From Pseudobacteriovorax sp. (GTDB lineage Bacteria > Bdellovibrionota_B > Oligoflexia > Oligoflexales > Oligoflexaceae): a stretch of 29,370 bases of DNA. Within the stretch, counting starts at the first letter, position 1; each line of letters begins with the position of its first letter. A program made the position numbers and the translations under genes. The notes under the pieces were generated by a model. The model did not search any database. It worked only from the letters and a program-made list of their open reading frames with translations, and had not been told where the DNA came from. Shown here piece after piece: positions 25,086 to 29,370 of the stretch. The stretch spans positions 1-29,370 of the forward strand of contig JBNKNM010000051.1 in assembly GCA_050293845.1 (NCBI GenBank), in the 5' to 3' direction.

Positions 25086-26090
25086 ATGAAAATTCGCTCT
25101 ATTGAAGTCCTGATAGCAACGCTACTTTCGCTTATTCTGAGTAACTGTGCCTTAGTAATCGACGACGAGCCAGAAGAATACGCGGGTCATATTTACTATT
25201 GGCCCCCCTCAAGTTCCTATGATTTTATAGAATGTCAAGACAGCTATTCATTGGCCTACTGTGGCTCACACCCCCAAAGGACGGGGCAAGACTATTCCTG
25301 GCAGCCAAACTGCTCAGGAGAAGATTGCCAAAGTGTTGGTTTGTTTGTCCACTACCAGTTATTCCAAGATCTCGGTTCCCACACAAGTCTATGGATTGAA
25401 GTCTTTGACAACCCTCAATATGCAGGTCGAGCAGCAAGCTTAATGCGTATTACTAACTTCGACGCTTCTTACCCCCACTCTTCTGACATGGAAGAAATTT
25501 TTTTGAAGCCTGGTGAGTATTACTTGCGAGCTTTTATAAGCACGAAAAACGACACCCCTCTTCCTCCCGAGCTTCAAGGCTTAGAGCCAGCTTCTGGTGC
25601 TTTTGGCATATATGGAGCGCTTTCCTCGCCCGAACGGATCATCATCAAACCTTATGGAGTTAATCCACCAATCCATATTTACGTAGATCAGCTCTACAAA
25701 GACCCCCAGCAGGAAGTAGATACCCAAGCCCAATTTCGTATAAAAATGACTGTACCTCCCGATTTGGCAATTCCTTCCAATCGCAGCACTATAGTCCAAA
25801 TATCAACGGAGCAAGATATCGAGCACGTCCCTAATTACAGATTAGTAACATCAAGTAACGATTTTCTCATCATCGATTCGCCGCGGTTGGCTGAGATCAA
25901 AAGCAAGAATCTTGCCATCGACTCCTATTATGTTTTTGCTTTTATAGATGAGGACGGTAATGAATTCTATGACGAGGGCGAGCTTGCTGGATACTATACC
26001 AAAGGCATGGAGCCGTGGCCGATTCTGGCAAAGAAAAATACCGTGCAAACCCTCTCCCTAAAGCTAAAGGCAGCACCTTTTGGGGAATAG
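25086..26090 (+). CDS. Hypothetical lipoprotein (334 aa) with two related beta-rich domains, the second DUF2141-like
   Basis: GGAGG SD; signal peptide with LSN-C21; repeated motif LKPGEYYLRAFIS / LAIDSYYVFAFIDEDGNEFYDEGELAGYY. Confidence 0.72.
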   Translation: MKIRSIEVLIATLLSLILSNCALVIDDEPEEYAGHIYYWPPSSSYDFIECQDSYSLAYCGSHPQRTGQDYSWQPNCSGEDCQSVGLFVHYQLFQDLGSHTSLWIEVFDNPQYAGRAASLMRITNFDASYPHSSDMEEIFLKPGEYYLRAFISTKNDTPLPPELQGLEPASGAFGIYGALSSPERIIIKPYGVNPPIHIYVDQLYKDPQQEVDTQAQFRIKMTVPPDLAIPSNRSTIVQISTEQDIEHVPNYRLVTSSNDFLIIDSPRLAEIKSKNLAIDSYYVFAFIDEDGNEFYDEGELAGYYTKGMEPWPILAKKNTVQTLSLKLKAAPFGE

Positions 26091-26240
26091 ATCACCAGAG
26101 CAGATAGTTGGTAGGGCTCGCCACACGAACGTATATTCATCGGATCTACCAACCCGTTGCTCTATACTTAACAGCTCTTGCCGCTTACTCCCGGTTTCGC
26201 TATATTCCCGGCTGAACTTGCTTAAAGAAAAGGACAGACG

Positions 26241-27002
26241 ATGAGCCAAGTTATGAGACGTAAGAAGGGTTGGATGAGCCTGAAGATCCAGAAAATTGTT
26301 GAAGAGACTTGGGATACGAAAACCTTCTACTTTGTTGATGCCGAGGATGGAGGGCGTCAGTTTGATTATATAGCCGGACAATACTTGACGTTCCGCTATG
26401 ATAATATAGCTGCAAAGCCTTTAGTTCGCTCCTACACCATGTCCAGCTCACCATGCCAGGAGGGTGCTGTTGCCTGTACTATTAAGCGGGTGGAGAATGG
26501 AATTATTAGCAATTGGATGTGCGATGAATTACAGGAAGGGGATATTCTTAAGGCTAGGGGACCAATTGGTAAATTTGTCTACTCGCCAGAGTTCTGCAAG
26601 CCGAATATCGTCATGGTGGGTGCTGGATCTGGGGTCACTCCCTTTATCAGTATCCTTCGTGAGTACGCTCACAGTCTGGGCCAGGAAGGCAGCCCCAGGA
26701 CAATGACCCTACTTGTAGCCTACCGCAGTCTTAAGGACCTTATTTCGTGGGATGCTATTACTGAGCTGCGCGACATCCCCGGCATTAAGGTGGTTACCAC
26801 CCTAACCCGTGAAAATGCTACCGACCAAGGATTTTGGAATGGACGACCCGACCCGAAAATGCTGGATCAAGTCGTTGAAAATATCTATGATGACAAAACC
26901 TTTTTGACATGTGGTCCTGAAAGCATGATGGAAATGGTTGTCAACCATGCAACTAGTCAAGGTGTAGCCCCCGAACATGCTATGACGGAATCCTTCTTTT
27001 AA
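26241..27002 (+). CDS. FAD/NAD(P)-binding oxidoreductase of the ferredoxin-NADP+ reductase family, without an Fe-S domain
   Basis: YIAGQYL, VRSYTMSS (RxYS/T FAD motif), GIISNWM, GPIGKF, GAGSGVTPF, TCGPESMM, C-terminal ESFF; AAGGA SD. Confidence 0.9.
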   Translation: MSQVMRRKKGWMSLKIQKIVEETWDTKTFYFVDAEDGGRQFDYIAGQYLTFRYDNIAAKPLVRSYTMSSSPCQEGAVACTIKRVENGIISNWMCDELQEGDILKARGPIGKFVYSPEFCKPNIVMVGAGSGVTPFISILREYAHSLGQEGSPRTMTLLVAYRSLKDLISWDAITELRDIPGIKVVTTLTRENATDQGFWNGRPDPKMLDQVVENIYDDKTFLTCGPESMMEMVVNHATSQGVAPEHAMTESFF

Positions 27003-27034
27003 GCACCTGAAGCATTGGATTCGCTGTGCTTTTA

Positions 27035-27670
27035 CTAGTCGAAAGGGACTTCCTGAGCCGTCAGCAGCGCTTTCGCTGTAAAACTAAAACCGACAGCACC
27101 AATGCTTATTGTCGCTATAAAAAATGCCAGTTTGATCTTTTTCTGGTCAACCATAATACCCACTGCTCCGAGAACCATAGATATTTGCAGTAACATGGAA
27201 GCGTAGTCAAAATTATTCTCAGCGAGTTCTAATTTTTGTAGATAGCCATCATACTCTGTAGCCCCGATAATAGCACCCATCTTACCATCAATATCTTGGG
27301 CCCAGTTTTCAGGACCTACAACCTTCGAACCCAGCAATATTTCCTTTTTTTCTTTATGATAGCGATTTTTTTTCTCATTCAGCTTTTCTAGCATCTGTTG
27401 AAAATGAGCCGATTTTTCTTTTGCAATGGCATCCGACTCAACAAGAACATTGATAAGATCAAATTGCCCCTTAACAATAATCTCCTTTATCCCTTTGGAT
27501 TGAAACCATTGAAAGGCATCATTACGACTGTTTCCGAGTTTTATTTGGGTTGATGCTACATTGTCAGACAGCAAATCGTTGATAGCCAATATAGAGGCAA
27601 AAATAGCAATAAACAAAGGAAATAATGTCTCCCAAAAAACTCCACTTTTATTATTAAGCATATCGTACAT
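27035..27670 (-). CDS. DUF4337-like membrane protein (about three TM helices and a helical linker)
   Basis: Start revised to ATG 27670 (AAAGGT SD). LFIAIFASILAI...NDAFQWFQSKGIKE and FDYASMLLQISMVLGAVGI resemble DUF4337 motifs as I recall them. Confidence 0.7.
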   Translation of the reverse strand: MYDMLNNKSGVFWETLFPLFIAIFASILAINDLLSDNVASTQIKLGNSRNDAFQWFQSKGIKEIIVKGQFDLINVLVESDAIAKEKSAHFQQMLEKLNEKKNRYHKEKKEILLGSKVVGPENWAQDIDGKMGAIIGATEYDGYLQKLELAENNFDYASMLLQISMVLGAVGIMVDQKKIKLAFFIATISIGAVGFSFTAKALLTAQEVPFD

Positions 27671-27774
27671 GAGAAACCTTTGGTGAACCTGTATACTGCT
27701 TATGACTAGTCTATTGAAATTTGCCATGCCTATAGAGAGCAAATGATGCCCAGCTTTAGGAAAAGGAGCTAAGT

Positions 27775-28806
27775 GTGCCACCCTACAGATTTATTACCCC
27801 TATCATCTTGCTATTTTGGAGTATTTCTAGTTTGGCGTTGCCCTGCCGTAAAACCCGAGCTGTCTTTGACATAGGTTCCGGCTCGACCAAGATGATGGTG
27901 GCTCAAGTGGATATTTGCAAAAGAAAAGTTATAAAGTCATTGGCAAGAACCAAAACCTCTTTAGGCTATATGGATGCCTTACAAAAATCTCCCCATGGGA
28001 TCTTTCCCCCATCTATCATTGCCAGAGGCTTGCAAACTTTAAAGTCCCTCAAAAAACGAGCTAAAACCTTAGGTGCTAAGGAATTTTTTGGAACGGCAAC
28101 GGCTGCTTTCCGCAGTGCTAAAAATGCTCAGGATGTATTGGAACAGTTCGGCCAGCAAACTGGTATTTCCCTCCAAATAATATCTAGTTGTACTGAAGCT
28201 ATGCTAGGTTACCAAGGGGTAAGCTCTACCTTAGGCACAGCACAAATATCTGTTTGGGATATTGGTGGTGGTAGCATGCAAATAGTCCACCGTAGCCCTC
28301 ATAATACCGAGGCTCTCCTCATTGCAAAGGGAGCTGTAAACTTTAAAAACGATGTCCTTAGGGAATTACGCTACCCCAATCATGTCACTTCTCCGAATCC
28401 TATTGGCTATAAAAATGTTCCAGCACTACTACAACTCTCCCACGCCATAGCCCTGTCTTCCTTAAAGAAGAAAATCACTCTATATCCTAAAGTGTATGGT
28501 ATTGGTGGTGTACACAACTTAAGCATTGCCAAACAAGTCGGTAAGTCCAGCTTCAATCAAGCAGACCTTCATCAACAACTTCTACGCAAAAGCAAGTTTA
28601 AAGATGAAAATATTGATTCCAAATTTCCAGAAACGGAAATCACCAATCTGGCGCTTGTTTTAGGTTTCATGCAATACTTGAATATTGCTATGGTTCAAGT
28701 GCTCAATATTAATTTAACAGACGGGCTCATAACCCTAGAAAGTTCTAAAGACCTCGATAGCTTTTCGAAAGTTTCTTGTTTGAAAAAAGAAATTAATCCT
28801 TATTGA
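27775..28806 (+). CDS. Ppx/GppA-family (ASKHA) phosphatase with a predicted N-terminal signal peptide
   Basis: GTG start behind AGGAG; FDIGSGSTK, GTATAAFRSAKN, IIS..EAMLGY (catalytic Glu), WDIGGGSMQ, YGIGG, NLTDGL; hydrophobic N-terminus ending in SLA. Confidence 0.82.
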   Translation: MPPYRFITPIILLFWSISSLALPCRKTRAVFDIGSGSTKMMVAQVDICKRKVIKSLARTKTSLGYMDALQKSPHGIFPPSIIARGLQTLKSLKKRAKTLGAKEFFGTATAAFRSAKNAQDVLEQFGQQTGISLQIISSCTEAMLGYQGVSSTLGTAQISVWDIGGGSMQIVHRSPHNTEALLIAKGAVNFKNDVLRELRYPNHVTSPNPIGYKNVPALLQLSHAIALSSLKKKITLYPKVYGIGGVHNLSIAKQVGKSSFNQADLHQQLLRKSKFKDENIDSKFPETEITNLALVLGFMQYLNIAMVQVLNINLTDGLITLESSKDLDSFSKVSCLKKEINPY

Positions 28807-28925
28807 ATATTTGCAAAATATATTCAAATAGATACATCAATAATTATACGCATTAATAGTTGCTTAGGCTTCCGCGACAAAGAAATCTTATCATATGTTC
28901 TAACAATACTTTTTTCAGGAATCAT

Positions 28926-28952
28926 TTAGGTTTGGCCCCAAGCGTCCGATTT
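28926..28952 (+). promoter_or_regulatory. Candidate sigma28 (FliA)-type promoter
   Basis: TTAGGTTT-N11-TCCGATTT compared with the consensus TAAAGTTT-N11-GCCGATAA; it lies just upstream of the SD and the ATG at 28972. Confidence 0.4.
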
Positions 28953-28971
28953 AGCCATAAAGGGGCATAGC

Positions 28972-29370
28972 ATGCTAAAAAGTAATCCACTATTAAAACC
29001 TAAGCACCCTTGGCAACTGCCCAAGCCTTCACAGGAAACTTTGGGAAAAGTGCGATCCCATCACTCCCTTGATGGAGCTATCGCTCTCATCCATAAACAG
29101 CTCATTAAGCCAATAGGAAATCAGTGGCATCTAACTACCATCGCTTTGGTTTATCTCTATCTTTTTATTAATGGTAAACTCAATTTAATCACAGCCTTAT
29201 CCTTGGGATTTGTGTCCCTTGTCTTGGGAGATCATCTTTTCGAGAATTTGATTACGTATAAAAATACTTTCAGGAATTACTGGACTTCAAAGCATCAGGT
29301 ATCATCAAAAAATTTTGAAAACAAAATGACATTTGCCAGCCGATTTCAGTCCCATCGCCCACATCGACGT
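28972..29370 (+). CDS. Hypothetical membrane protein, 3'-truncated by the window edge
   Basis: ATG at 28972 behind AAGGGG; the frame is open for 133 codons to the end (MLKSNPLLKPKHPWQLPKPS...WHLTTIALVYLYLFINGKLNLITALSLGFVSLVLGDHLF...). It is not in the ORF track. Confidence 0.6.
   Translation, partial: MLKSNPLLKPKHPWQLPKPSQETLGKVRSHHSLDGAIALIHKQLIKPIGNQWHLTTIALVYLYLFINGKLNLITALSLGFVSLVLGDHLFENLITYKNTFRNYWTSKHQVSSKNFENKMTFASRFQSHRPHRR

Noticed and set aside
27671..27781. 37-aa N-terminal extension of the DUF4337-like ORF
   Set aside because: It would overlap the divergent phosphatase start; ATG 27670 has an SD like other genes here.
28803..28827. TTGAATAT-N9-ATATTCAA palindrome at the phosphatase stop, sharing GAATAT with the 2110 palindrome
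   Set aside because: Very AT-rich with a different spacer length, so likely chance; too weak for a terminator.
1..29370. Anti-phage defence island built around the large helicase
   Set aside because: The helicase is a canonical long Lhr flanked by housekeeping genes; no nuclease, DNA methyltransferase, toxin or mobility genes were recognised nearby.

Overview
A gene-dense bacterial chromosomal window made up mostly of housekeeping and cell-envelope genes of a Gram-negative (LPS-containing) organism. Gene style suggests Oligoflexia/Bdellovibrionota, but that is inference only. Recognisable genes are lpxD, purB, purA (divergent from purB), a full-length Lhr helicase, an AsmA-family protein, speD, a very large LptD, folC and a fused secDF. 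Also present are a partial GlmU-like hexapeptide acyltransferase, a Sel1-repeat/receiver fusion, a DUF938 methyltransferase, an FNR-like oxidoreductase, a DUF4337-like membrane protein, an apparently exported Ppx/GppA-family phosphatase, two orphan lipoproteins, a likely outer-membrane protein, a small Cys/His protein and a truncated ORF at the right edge. I found no rRNA, tRNA, CRISPR array, transposase, integrase or phage gene, and no clear multi-gene novel system. The best leads are: (i) an LptD with several large helical insertions, encoded in a tight folC-lptD-speD-asmA unit; (ii) a signal-peptide-bearing Ppx/GppA homolog with an NTPDase-like DxGGxSxQ motif; (iii) the Sel1-REC fusion; (iv) a sigma54-type promoter with three upstream palindromes in front of a lipoprotein gene.
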